A DNA stretch of 64,000 nucleotides from Octopus sinensis (GCF_006345805.1 NC_043011.1:8246001-8310000), one strand, 5' to 3'; positions 12,881 to 25,290 are shown, counted from the stretch's first letter. Numbers and translations are program-made. Notes: a model not told the origin generated them from the letters alone.

Positions 12881-12955
12881 ATATACATACATACACATAT
12901 ACGTGTGTGTGTGTGTTTGTGTGTGCGTATGTGTGTATGTGCGTGTGTGTGTAAG

Positions 12956-12989
<34 letters not shown>

Positions 12990-13095
12990 AAACATAAACC
13001 TTAAAAGGTATTTTTCAATATGCTGGCCGTTGATAGAATATTTTTCGAAAAAATTTATTCTATATTAGATATATATATATATGTATGTATATATG

Positions 13096-13476
13096 TGGAA
13101 TCACTCCGTCGGTTACGACGATGAGGGTTGCGGTTGATCCGAATCAACGGAACAGCCTGCTCGTGAAATTAACGTGTAAGTGGCTGAGCACTCCACAGAC
13201 ACATGCACCCTTAACGTAGTTCTCGGGGATATTCAGCGTGACACAGAGAGTGAGAAAGCCGCTTGAAATACAGGTACAACAGAAACAAGAAGTAAGAGTG
13301 AGAGAAAGTTGTGGTGAAAGAGCACAGCAGGGATCACCACCATCCCCTGCCGGAGCCTCGTGGAGCTTTTAGGTGTTTTCGCTCAATAAACACTCACAAC
13401 GCCCGGTCTGGGAATCGAAACCGCGATCCTATGACCGCGTGTCCGCTGCCCTAACCACTGGGCCATTGCGCCTCCA
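13096..13476 (-). mobile_element. SINE family C, full length
   Basis: Reverse complement of 51675-52062 with few differences. Confidence 0.9.
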
Positions 13477-13813
13477 CCTATATATGTATGTATATATGCA
13501 TGTATATATGTATACACATATATATATATAACAACAAAAACAAGTAAACAAACCCAAAAGATACATCAAACACAACAACAACAACAATGTTACCACCAAC
13601 AACAACAATAATACCATCACCACCACCACAACAACAACAACAAACAACAACAACAATAATAACAACAGCAGGAAGTAATGATACGGAAGAGGAAGAGGAC
13701 AGCAAATTAACGACAGCAACAACTTCAACAACAATAATGACGATAGTAATTTATGCTGTTTATATAATGTATTCCGGCTACTATTTTTATAATCTTAAAT
13801 AGTAATAATAATT

Positions 13814-13816
13814 ATG

Positions 13817-13856
<40 letters not shown>

Positions 13857-13857
13857 C

Positions 13858-13953
<96 letters not shown>

Positions 13954-14425
13954 GGTGGTGGTGGTGGTGGTGGTGGTGAAAAGGCTATTCCTTCCTATTA
14001 TAGGCACAAGGCCTGAAATTTGGTGGGAATGGTGGGGGTAGTCGAGTTATCTACATCCCCCCCACCAGCCCAGATTTCAACTGACACTTATCGTTTCTAT
14101 CGCCTCAGAATGCACAGTCGGACCAAATGCTGTTACGCACTTTGTCAGGCGCCGTAACCACTCTTCTCGTTCGCCCTCTTATAATAATTGTAATAATTAT
14201 ATAATATTAGTATCATCATCATCATTATTATTATTATTATTATTGTTATTGTTATTATCATCATCATCATCATCATCATTATTATTATTATTATTAATAT
14301 TATTTATTCATCATCATCATCATCATCTCCTATCTATCATCATTATTATTATCATCATCATCATCATCCTCATCATCATTATCATCAAATCATCCTCATC
14401 ATCCATCATTATTATTATTATTATT

Positions 14426-14457
<32 letters not shown>

Positions 14458-14505
14458 TATTATTATCATCATCATCCTCATCATCATCATCATCATCATC
14501 ATCAT

Positions 14506-14549
<44 letters not shown>

Positions 14550-14565
14550 TATTATTATTATTATT

Positions 14566-14606
<41 letters not shown>

Positions 14607-14851
14607 CATCATCATTATCATCATCATCATCATCATATCATCATTATTATTATATTATATTATTATTATTATTATTTTATTTTTCATTATTATTATTCCG
14701 CTGGAGTCGACTTCCTCTTTCATTCTTTCATGGTCGATAAATTAAATACCAGTTACGCACTGGGGTCGATGTAATCCACTTAATCCCTTCGACCCCCAAA
14801 TTTGAGACCTTGTGCTTCCAGCAGAAAGGATTATTATTATTATTATTATTA

Positions 14852-14886
<35 letters not shown>

Positions 14887-15160
14887 TTATTATTTCTTCT
14901 TCTTTTTTCTTCTTTTTTTTTCTTCTTTTTTTTCTTCTTCTTATTTTTCTTCTTCTTCTTTCTTCTTCTTCTTCTTCTTCTTCTTCTTCTTCTTTCTTCT
15001 TCTTCTTCTTATTCTTATTCTTCTTCTTCTTCTCTTCTACTTCTTCTTCTTCTTCTTCTTATTATTATTATTATTTTCTTTTTTTCTTCTTATTATTATA
15101 TTAATAGTGAACTTAATAGTGATGATGATGTTGTTGTTGATGATGATGATGATGATAAAA
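13814..15160. repeat. Cluster of trinucleotide microsatellites, (GTA/GTG)n, (ATC/ATT)n and (TTC)n, with SINE A fragments interspersed
   Basis: Seen directly. Source of the poly-V/T/I/S ORFs. Confidence 0.9.
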
Positions 15161-15431
15161 ATAGTAAATCTAAGTAAAACTATCAGGATCCGATGGTTCT
15201 GTGGTCACGGTAACGACAGGAATAAAATTATAAAATAAAGACGTGATATAAAAAAAATATATAAATAAGAAGAAATAAATGCGCAAAAAGTTCCCAAAAA
15301 AAAACAAAAAAAAGGCAAGAACTTACATAAATGATATTAAAACAGCAACGAATTGTATAAAAATAACAGAGATATTAAAAAGCAACAACATTCCAAATGC
15401 CATTCTTTCCAGTACAACATATTGACTCTAT

Positions 15432-15467
<36 letters not shown>

Positions 15468-16170
15468 ATTTATGGCAGGAAAGAGTGAGAGAGGGGGAAG
15501 AGATGGGGAGGGGGAGAGAGAGAGAGAGACAATAAAACTTTGTTATGAACCAGTGTAAACGTATATCTGGAGTGTGTTTGTACTTGCGTATATATGTATA
15601 TATGTGTATACGTATGTATATATAAATATATATATATGCATAAATATATATATATATATGTTTGTATATATATATATATATATATACTTGTACATATATC
15701 GTGTATATATTTGAATGACATCTATATGTGCGTCTGTGTATACATGTGTGTGTATATGTATACATATTTATGTATGTATGTATGTATGTATGTATGTATG
15801 TATGTATGTATGTATATATATATGTATGTGTGTGTGTTTGCGTGTGTATGTATGTATATAAATAGAGAGATAAATAGATAGATATGAAATGAATATTTTT
15901 GCAGACCGTGTATACACACACGTAAGTCTATCTATACAGGACGTTCATAGGTCCGTTATGTGTGTGTGTGTGTGTGTGTAGGGGGGAGTGGGGGTATAGG
16001 CGTAGGTGTGTGGTAAGAAGCTTGCTTTCCAAACCACATGTTTCTGGGTTCAGTCCCACTGCGTGGCAAACAGAGCAAGTGTTCCGAGCAATTGACATCT
16101 ATTGATTGCACCGAAGTGGAGTTGGCAGACGAAGAAGGACACATATCTGTCGTTCGCACACACACACACA

Positions 16171-16205
<35 letters not shown>

Positions 16206-16239
16206 CACATGCGCATATAAAATCATGTGAGTCTTTGCG

Positions 16240-16537
16240 TTTATCTCCCATCACCTTTTGACACCTGGTGTCGGTTTGTTAAAGTTCCTTTGACTTACTG
16301 TTTCGAGGAAAGACCACCAGTTACCTGGTTTCCATGGTGACGGAGTGTAGACCATCTCCCCTAAACGGAACGCCAGTCTGTTGCAGGGTTTACTTATTTG
16401 TAGCCGAGAGGACTGGAGTAACGTGAAAAGAAATGAAGTATTTCGCTCAAGAACACAGCACACTGCCCTGCTCGGGGATCGAAACCAGTGACTTTCGATT
16501 GTGAGTGCAGCACTCTAATCACTTGGACATGTGCCTT
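16240..16537 (-). mobile_element. Diverged tRNA-headed SINE related to families C/D
   Basis: The plus strand reads GCTCAAGAACACAGCACACTGCCC...GGGATCGAAACC...CTAATCACTTGGACATGTGCC, the reverse complement of an A/B-box head like that of 61126-61475. Confidence 0.6.
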
Positions 16538-16913
16538 TTAACGTTCTGAGTTTTATAAATTGTTGGGAATAACCAAAGAATTCTCCTATAGGATTCAGTC
16601 AGTTGCGATTTCGTTATGTCTTCATCGATTTTGTGAATGAAAATATTGTACCTCGTTTCGAAATTGTAACTCTTGGAATATTCTGTTAGACCTGGAAAAT
16701 CATTTGGTAACAGCATTTGGAACAGAGGGAAATCTAATCAAAACTCAATTTCAATGATGAATTTGTTTTGAAGTCTGTAAGTTCATATTGGATGTCACTA
16801 AACGCTTTCATGATGTCTTTTACTTCTGAAGCACAATGGTTTTATAAACATCAAGATGCCTTATTCTTTCGAAAAATCACAGAATGGACTTTCAAATGAC
16901 TTTTTGAAACATA

Positions 16914-17511
16914 CCGTATTTTCCGTTATACAAGTCGAATTTTTCAAACCAAAATTTATCTTTATATATAAAACTGAAGTTGTGTGAGAGTCTGTCTCCT
17001 ACGATTTAGATTCCTAACTATTCCCACATTTTGCGGTGCAGTTTAACCAAAACCGGGTATCTTATAGTCGTGATTCATATCGAGCCCTTCTGGGTATTAG
17101 CGCGCATCTACGAAGAGTCTACGATTTAAAAAAAAATTACCGTCATTTTTTTCCATTTTTAATGCATTTTTGGCATATATAAGGGAAGTAACTCTCTAAA
17201 AATTTATTATTAAATCTCAGAACGTAAAAAGCTACAGTAACACCCCTCCCCCTTTGTGGTTAGCCATATTGAGATGGCTATTATACTTTACATCTCTAAA
17301 AATGCTTATATAGTTATTTCCCTTACAAACCCGAGCAACGCCGGGCGATACTGCTAGTAACAAATAAATAAATGAAAAGTGAGATCGTCTTATTCATCAA
17401 ACTGACCCGATATATAAGCCAATCAAAGATTCCATATAAAATGCAGCCGGATTTGGAAAGATAGTAGCGATGTTTGAATGTTTATCCTATATATTACGTC
17501 GACTTGTATGG
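16914..17511. mobile_element. Possible Tc2/pogo-like MITE interrupted by a Helitron
   Basis: Left end TA-CCGTATTTTCCGTTATACAAGTCGA; partial inverted copy TCGACTTGTAT..GG-TA at 17499-17513; subterminal AAAAGTGAGATCGTCTTAT typical of such elements. Confidence 0.4.
16959..17357 (+). mobile_element. Non-autonomous Helitron, copy 1
   Basis: 5' TC preceded by A; 3' hairpin CCCGAGCAACGCCGGG (17330-17345) then CTAG followed by T; no TSD. A second copy lies at 36777-37179. Confidence 0.88.
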
Positions 17512-18345
17512 TATTTTGTAAAACTGAGGTTACCCTCTGCACACTGTTGTTTGAATGCAGAAACTAGTTGAAGTTCTTATACTCAAGCTAAGATGCGTAT
17601 AGTTCATTGATATCTTTTACTAACGAAGAAGGTAATTCGCTATATCATGGCAGTTTCATTCTAAATCTTTGATACGGATGGTTGCATCAGCTAAAATTAC
17701 TAAATCAAATACCCCACTCTTACCATATATAATATCTCTTTCTCTTGTGTCTCTTTTGTTCGTCTTCTTGAAATTCTGGGCAGTATTTTTCATTTCCTCA
17801 AATCTATTCAGAACCTGTTCTCCAGAAAGCATAACACACCTCACAAGTCTAATATTTTCACAACATTCTTTAAATTTTCATCGTTAATTAATACTCTTGC
17901 TTTAAAAACATTTTCATGCATTTTATAACCGTTAACAAAAAATGCTTTAAAATTTTAATTTTTCAATACAACGAGACTCTCTTTACATTGCACGGATGTT
18001 TTTGTAGAGGTTGGTTTAAATAATTTTCCAATCAAAGTCGTAATTTTATAGGATTTACTGATTAATGACAGATCCATTAATACAAAGATCAAGGAATGCA
18101 CTGGACCCAACCGGCAGGTTTTCCAGATGCAAAAATATGTCTGAACGAATCTACTCGGTTTTATAGATGCTAAAATTGTCGTAATTCCTCTAATAAAGGA
18201 TTCTTTTATGAAATGAGTGACATCATGTATGTCGTGGGTTTATCCATATCTAAAGAAAAGAACATACACGCGTAGAAAGAAGCTTTCAGTCGCACAGGCA
18301 TATCGAGAAAGAGAGGGAAGGAGGGAAAGAGAAAAAGTGAGTGAA

Positions 18346-18405
<60 letters not shown>

Positions 18406-18847
18406 TTTCTCGTTTCGTCGGTGTTTGCTGACAGAATAATTTCTTTTGTTCTTCTTGAGATATTTTATATCACCAAAAGAATTTGCAAATATTTGGAAAG
18501 AAAGTTAAAGAGACAAAATAGAACAAAGTGTCCACCATTCGAGAAAAGCTTCCGTTTTGTAGCCAGCGCCGAAGCAGTTTCACAGAACGATCCATTCATC
18601 GTCAAACTTTCACAACTTCATTCAACAAATATATTTTGTCTTTTGATTTCGGCCTTTTTTTTTGCCTCAGTCGTGTAATTCTGATCCAATCACTAGCTTC
18701 AATGTCTTAAAATCATGTGTTCTACTACGTGAGAAACTATTTTCACAAACAATGCACAACGTTTTACTTAAAGGGCCCGCCGTGAATAATAGTGCGTTTT
18801 CCCACTGCTCATTGAATTCGCGCTTACTTCTAACCTTCTCTTTTTCT

Positions 18848-19167
18848 TGACGTCATTTTGTGATCGGTAAGGTAAAAAAAAAAAAATAATAATAATAATA
18901 AATTAAAAATTAAAAATAAAAATAAACATGGCTGAATTTTCGAGAAAATAAAGTACAGACCCGCAAATATTCTCAAAGAATGAACAAAGCAAAGCCTTGT
19001 AGTACAGGTGTGTTTGCTGAAAATCAACTAACGAAAAGCCTCGATGGCCCAGGGCTGGTTGCCGCTTCAGGATCAAATAAGTATCAAACGTAGACAGAAC
19101 AATCATGGACAAGCGTTAAATACACCATTTCTAATCGTCCGGTGCGTCACTTCTGGCGCATGCGCCA
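18848..19167. promoter_or_regulatory. Possible promoter/enhancer motif cluster
   Basis: TGACGTCA (CRE) at 18848-18855, TGCGTCA, ETS-like CACTTCTGG, and a perfect palindrome TGGCGCATGCGCCA (NRF1/Ewg-type) at 19154-19167, in locally CpG-rich unique sequence. Confidence 0.3.
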
Positions 19168-19283
19168 TACGCTCGTCATGCTTGATTTAACCATAACAAC
19201 TTAAAATTGTGCATTTATGCTTAAATATGATTATGCGTGTGAGCGTGCGCATATCTTCGCATGTGATAAATAGATAGACAGAT

Positions 19284-19321
<38 letters not shown>

Positions 19322-19365
19322 AGAGAGAGACATAGAGACGGATAGATAGACAGACAGACAGACAG

Positions 19366-19396
<31 letters not shown>

Positions 19397-19427
19397 GGTA
19401 GGTAGATATATATGTAGGTAGGTAGGT

Positions 19428-19546
<119 letters not shown>

Positions 19547-19861
19547 GAACTCTGTGAATGCAAAATTGTATACATGTTCCCGGATCAGTGTTTAGCCGAA
19601 AAACCAGGTTCCAAATATACCTCTCGTTTCTTTTTAATATACGGTGCCCCAGAATGGCCACAGTCTAATGTCTGAAACAAGTAAATGATAAAAGATAAAG
19701 GATATTGTTTTAACTCGCCCGTTTTAACAGATACGATAGAGAACGTGGTTAAACGAAGATTTGCTTGTTAAGTCTCTTGTAGGTTGAGCGACAATTCGCG
19801 GGAACCATTTTGGAGTTTCGTCCGTGCAATGTGATGGCATAATTTTTCATGAGTTTAGCAA

Positions 19862-20630
19862 GGAGGTGAGCTGGCAGCAGCGTTAGAGCGCCGAGCGAAA
19901 TGTTTAGCGGTATTTCGTCTGCCGCTACGTTCTGAGTTCAAATTCCGCCGAGGTCGACTTTGCCTTTCATCCTTTCGCGGTCGATAAATTAAGTACCAGT
20001 TACGCACTGGGGTCGATGTAATCGACTTAATACCTATGTCTGTCCTTGTTTGTCCCCTCTATGTTTAGCCCCTTGTGGGTAATAAAGAAATAGGTATTTC
20101 GTCTGCCGCTTACGTTCTGAGTTCAAATTCCGCCGAGGTCGACTTTGCTTTTCATCCTTTCGGTGTTGATTAAATAAGTACCAGTCACGCACTGGGGCGG
20201 ATGTAATCAACTTAATCCGTTTGTCTGTCCTTGTTTGTCCTCTCTGTGTTTAGCCCCTTGTGCGTAGTAAAGAAATAGGTATTTCGTCTGCCGCTACGTT
20301 CTGAGTTCAAATTCCGCCGAGGTCGACTTTGCCTTTCATCCTTTCGGGGTCGACAAATTAAGTACCAGTTACGCACTGGGATCGATGTAATCGACTTAAT
20401 CCCTTTGTCTGTCCTTGTTTGCCCTCTGTGTGTTTAGCCCCTTGTGCGTAGTAAAGAAATAGGTATTTCGTCTGCCGCTACGTTCTGAGTTCAAATTCCG
20501 CCGAGGTCGACTTTGCCTTTCATCCTTTCGGGGTCGACAAATTAAGTACCAGTTACGCACTGGAATCGAATTAACCGACTGACCCCCTCCCTAATAATTT
20601 CGGGCCATGTGCCTAGAGTAGAAAAGAATA
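19862..20630 (+). mobile_element. SINE family A with one head and four tandem body units
   Basis: Units begin GGTATTTCGTCTGCC at 19909, 20093, 20278 and 20462 (periods 184, 185, 184). The last unit ends in the GCCTAGAGTAGAAAAGAAT tail. Confidence 0.92.
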
Positions 20631-20664
20631 TATGAGTTTTACATACATGCACGCATATATCTTC

Positions 20665-20975
20665 TTTTACTTCTTTCAGTCAGTTGACTGCAGCCATGCT
20701 GGAGCACTGCCTTTAGTCGCACAAATCGATCTCATGACTTATTCTTTATAAGCCTACGACTTATTCTATCGGCCTCTTTTGTTGAAATGCTAAATTACGT
20801 GGACGTAAACACACCAACATCGTTTGTCAAGCGATTGGGGGGAGGGGGACAAACACAGATACACAAAAGCATGCACACACCACACACACACATACATATA
20901 TATATACGACGGGATTCTTTCAGTTTCCGTCTACCAAATCCACTCACAAGGCTTTGGTCGGCCCGAAGTTATAGT
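20665..20975 (-). mobile_element. SINE family B, 5'-truncated
   Basis: Reverse complement of the family-B 3' half and CORE-adjacent segment. Confidence 0.8.
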
Positions 20976-21255
20976 AGAAATCCCTTAAACACACTGACAT
21001 TCGCATTCGAACATATACCCACACAGTGAATGTGAACGATATACGTCTAAAAAGAGTGAGAGAAATTGTATCAAATATATATACGGAGGGAGGGAAGACG
21101 TTTATAAAGATAAAAGCGGAAAACGAAAGAAATTTACTATCACAGATTTTTATATTCTAAAATTAAGTGAACATTTTCAAATTTGGTTTATTGACGTTTT
21201 TTTTTCTCTCTGAATCCGATTTTGTGATTTATTTATTCTAGGATAAGTTTTGAAA

Positions 21256-21500
21256 AATTCTGTTGTGTCTGGGGAGAGTCATTCTCTTGTATGTAACACA
21301 CTCACCGGTAAAATTTCCACTTATTTCTTATTTTTATTTTCCTAAAATTTTCGTTGCGTCTTGCAACCTTTTCAAGACTATTGTTAAATTATAAGGTACA
21401 AAAAGAAATGACTCTCCGCAGGCACAATAGAATATGCTTCAACACACGAACTCATATAAAGAATCTTGCAAACCAATTCCAAAAACGAAATTTAATAAGT
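21256..21500. mobile_element. Partial copy of a foldback repeat family
   Basis: ATTCTGTTGTGTCTGGGGAGAGTCATT and AATGACTCTCCGCAGGCACAATAGAAT form inverted arms. It contains one arm of the 22095 palindrome and the same one-sided tail (ATGCTTCAACACACGAACTCATATAAAGAATCTTGCAAACC). Confidence 0.7.
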
Positions 21501-21721
21501 TTTGAAAAATGTTATAGTGATTTAAAATTTGAAAATTTTTACCCAAGCAGAAACCAGGATTTGGAAACTAGCATTCTGTGCGTGAAAGCTATGTATCATA
21601 AAACGAAAGTAGACATAGCGGTGCCCCAGCATGGCCACAGCTCATGAGCTGAAACTAGAATCAATCAATCAATCATAGCAAAACGAAGTTTCAAACAAAA
21701 TGAAAGAAATTACGGCGTATG

Positions 21722-21785
<64 letters not shown>

Positions 21786-22094
21786 AGGACAACATGCGTG
21801 AGAGATTATACATATACAAAGAGGGTGTGAAATAGAGTGTGGTAACTATATATAGAGAGGAGAAGGCGAAAGAGGGAGAAAGCATGATGGTGACAGATAG
21901 AGAATGGGATTTGGTGATCTAAAAGTTGAATTATTTCAAGTAGGAAATTATATATATTTTTTTATTATTATTTACGGACAACCTTTTCTTAGGGACGCAT
22001 ATTTCGAAAATCAAATTCGTTTTTCTCGACTACGGACCGTTTCAGAGCCTTTCGAGGCTAAACACATACATATTCACATAAGTCTCATATATAG

Positions 22095-22268
22095 ACACAC
22101 TCACCGGTAAAATTTCCACTTTTTTTCTTATTTTTATTGTCCTAAAATTTTAGTTGCGTCTTGCAACTTTTTCAGGAGTCAAAACTATTGAAAAGGTTGC
22201 AAGACGCAACTAAAATTTTAGGACAATAAAAATAAGAAAAAAAGTGGAAATTTTACCGGTGAGTGTGT
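22095..22268. repeat. 80-bp-arm palindrome with a 14-nt loop
   Basis: 22095-22174 is the reverse complement of 22189-22268 with one mismatch. Confidence 0.95.
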
Positions 22269-23198
22269 TACATAAAAAGGCACAAACAGAAAATGACTCT
22301 CCCCAGACCAACAGAATATGCTTCAACACACGAACTCATATAAAGAATCTTGCAAAACCAAATCCAAAAACGAAATCTCATATATAGATATTTAGTAGAT
22401 ATACTCAGTCTCATGTATTGAGTTCTTTTCGTTCTCACACGCTCTCTCTCTCTCTCTCTCTCTTTAGAAATACAAGCGTTCACCTCTCCCACAACGCATA
22501 CACACACATTACTATGTGTGTGTGTATGTGTGTGTGTGTGTCTATTAAATACATACTTATACTGAATATCAACAGGTATTTAAGAAACGCAGCATACAAT
22601 ATAATTGGTGGCGGCGGTGGTGGTGGTATTAGGTTATGGTGGCGGAGTGTCACCGTGTGAATTAGAGCTTCAATCTTCCAGACACCGCCTACAGTTGCCA
22701 CTGGAACGGAGAGGAAAAGGCGAAAAGAATGTTTGGTCCACAGAGCGAGACGCTTCTCAATGAATGAACGAACGAATACATGAATGAATGGGATACAGGT
22801 GCAAGTGGTGGCGGCGGCGGTGGTGGTGGCGGTGGTGGCGGTGGTGGCGGCGGGTGTGGCTTCGGTGTTGTTAATAATGGTGTTGGTGCTTGATAAATGG
22901 TGGTTGTGGTGATACCGTTTTGGTTGTACGGGTTGGTAGTGCTGGTAGTCGTGACTGAGGTCGTGGTGTTGGCGATGGTGGAGGCGAAAGCGGTAGTATA
23001 ATCATTGAAAGTGTTCTTCAATATTTAAGACGCAGTTCTATGAATCCAGCAACATTTGGCTGCTATGTTTCGCAGAACCAGGGACCACGTTTTGTGGCGG
23101 TGATACTCTCTTTAGAGATAGCGTCTTACAGATTACTCAGTCACACACCAAGATACACATATATGTGTGTTTGTGTATTATACATACATATGTATATA

Positions 23199-23273
<75 letters not shown>

Positions 23274-23284
23274 ATATATATATA

Positions 23285-23475
23285 GGAAAGTTTACGAAAA
23301 TAAACAAAAGACGAAGACAGGTGGTGTACAAAACAAGCTGATGTAGTAGTAAACGCTCAGGAATAGAAAAAGTCTTTTACGTTTCGAGCCTACGCTCTTC
23401 TACAGAAAGGGACACAGAAAAAAACAAGGAGAGACTCAAGGAGAAAAAAATGGGTAGTCGCTAACGATCTATCTT
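23285..23475 (-). mobile_element. TA-anchored family E insert with a minimal hammerhead motif (23374-23409)
   Basis: Minus strand reads CUUU-CUGUAGA-A-GAGC-GUAG-GCUC-GAA-ACGU-A-AAAG. Flanked by (TA)n. Confidence 0.7.
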
Positions 23476-23739
23476 ATATATATATATATGTATATGTGTG
23501 TGTATGTATACGTACTTATGTGCCTAAGTTCCTACATACGAATTACATGTAGACAACGCTCTCACATACATGTATGTATTTAGGTGTGTGTGTGTACATG
23601 TGTGTCGACGTATAAACGTGGAGGTATACCTCAAACATGAGTTAAAAAATATGCCTCGCAACTATGGGAACCTCGTTTCGATTCCACGGTGAGGCCAACT
23701 GGGCATTACATTTCAGGGTAGACTATGTTTCTGAAAGTG

Positions 23740-24225
23740 AGGCACGCACCCAACACGTGAAAGTATTTTCTTGAAGCTTGGGGTATTTCAGAATGTGGCA
23801 TAAATAAGTTTATTTTTATTCTTGGTTTTAGTTCCCCCTGCGCTCTTGAGTACTGCTGATTGAGGCCGCTGTTTTCTACTGGTCGCATTTTTCTCTGTAT
23901 CCGGTTGTGTGAAATTTACCTTTCTTATATCGGGTTTTGAATGTTCTGCACCAGGTAGACTTCGGCTTTAGCGTTCGGTTATTTTCTCGTTCATTTCCCT
24001 TCCAATGGTGTTCATTTGAAAGCTGGTAGGGCGTAAGGAGTATGATATGCCCCAGTGGGATATTGTCCGAACCCGCGTCGCCACTGATATATCCCATGAT
24101 ATATCTACGGGACGGGTCCGAAAGGTGTACTTTCGCCGACCGACCCTACTGACTGTGACAGTCCATTACTTTTTCGTAGTGGACCAGCCCACTTCTCGCC
24201 TGGGGGAGTCCGCCACAACAGAGTA
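23740..24225 (-). mobile_element. Decayed 5' region of an RTE-like LINE (5'UTR and start of the AP-endonuclease ORF)
   Basis: One minus frame gives KTKNKNKLIYATF*N, resembling the KLxIATxN start of RTE endonucleases. The upstream GC-richer segment (GGGTCGGTCGGCGAAA...TGGCGACGCGGGTTCGGACAAT) resembles RTE 5'UTRs from memory. Confidence 0.4.
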
Positions 24226-24240
24226 AAAGAGAAAAGACAC

Positions 24241-24462
24241 CTCCGGTCATGAATGACCAGGGAATTGAACCTAGAGAGTTCCCTTCCTAGGTACTAGTCC
24301 GGGTAAGGTCGCTTGTGGAAGACCAGCAGTCGCTCCCCTCTCTCCCTCAAGGGAAAAGGCTAAGGCCGATACAGCTTGGCACCAGTGACGTTGCAGCACG
24401 TATCTACAGATCAGTAGCAACGTGAAATGAAGTGTCTTCCTCAAGAACTCAACACACGACAT
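24241..24462 (-). mobile_element. SINE family D fragment (RTE-like 3' hairpin GGTCATTCATGACC)
   Basis: Shares CGGTCATGAATGACC...GAAGACCAGCAG...GATACAGCTTGGCACC with 41783 and 61126. Confidence 0.7.
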
Positions 24463-24484
24463 TAGAGCAGTATTGTTCTTTTCT

Positions 24485-24720
24485 ACTCTAGGTACAAGAC
24501 ATGACATTTTCTGGGAGGCGCCAATCGATTAGATCGACCCTGGTATGCATCTGGTACTTAATTTATCGACCCCGAAAGGATGAAAAGCAAAGTCGATCTC
24601 GCGGGAATTGAACTAAGACAGATGAAATACCGCTAAGCATTTCGCCCGGCGTGCTAACGTTTCTTATTTCTTTACTGCCCACAAGGGGTTACACACAGAA
24701 GGGACAAACAAGGACAGATA
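24485..24720 (-). mobile_element. SINE family A, rearranged copy
   Basis: Family-A body and head followed by a second 3' segment, joined at GAAATA/AGAAACGTTAGC. Confidence 0.7.
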
Positions 24721-24734
24721 AAGGGATTATCTAG

Positions 24735-24885
24735 CGTTCTGTTGGTTTTTACTGTGTCTTTCCATGTCTCACTGGAATAGAGAAGTGTTGATACAACTAT
24801 GCTTTTATAGGCAGAGAAACCTTGTTTTGAGGCCGATGGTGTAAGAAGAACAAACAGTGCACATTCAATATGCCTTGCCAATTCT
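24735..24885 (-). mobile_element. RTE LINE reverse-transcriptase C-terminal fragment
   Basis: Translation SAYKSIVVSTLLYSSETW matches the RTE motif VYxAxVxSTLLYGSETW. Confidence 0.6.
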
Positions 24886-25243
24886 ATAATGTGTGTGTGT
24901 GTGTGTATGTGTGTGTGTGTGTGTGTGTGCGTGCGTGTGTGTATATGTGTTGTTCATAAGGCGCTCAAACTCTGAGGAACCAAGTCAAGGAAAATTGAGT
25001 CAAACGAGAGACCAACTAGAAATAGCAGTGAAGGTCCTATACAATGAGCTTTTACCTAAAAAAACTCCAATCGATAATATACTCTGCGGTACATTGTGCT
25101 TGAAAATATAAGACGGGATGGTTATGTCTGGAACGCCCTTTCTTCGTAAGTCTTCTGAGTTATGGCTGGACTGAGGGCTGAGGGCGGCGGGTTTAAACAG
25201 CTACGAATGAATGAGTAAATAGACAATCTTGTTGTTGTTGTTG

Positions 25244-25290
<47 letters not shown>

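Noticed and set aside
19909-20630. CRISPR-like regular repeats
   Set aside because: The units are contiguous 184-bp SINE bodies without unique spacers. There are no cas genes and the context is eukaryotic. The same applies to the 480-bp array.
22600-23021. Proline/threonine-rich exon
   Set aside because: The ORF derives from degenerate (GGT/GGC)n repeats and has no convincing splice signals.
24170-24225. HDV-like ribozyme in the RTE 5' region
   Set aside because: An L3-like CTTCTCGC occurs on the strand opposite to the element, and I could not form P1/P2 or J4/2 on either strand.
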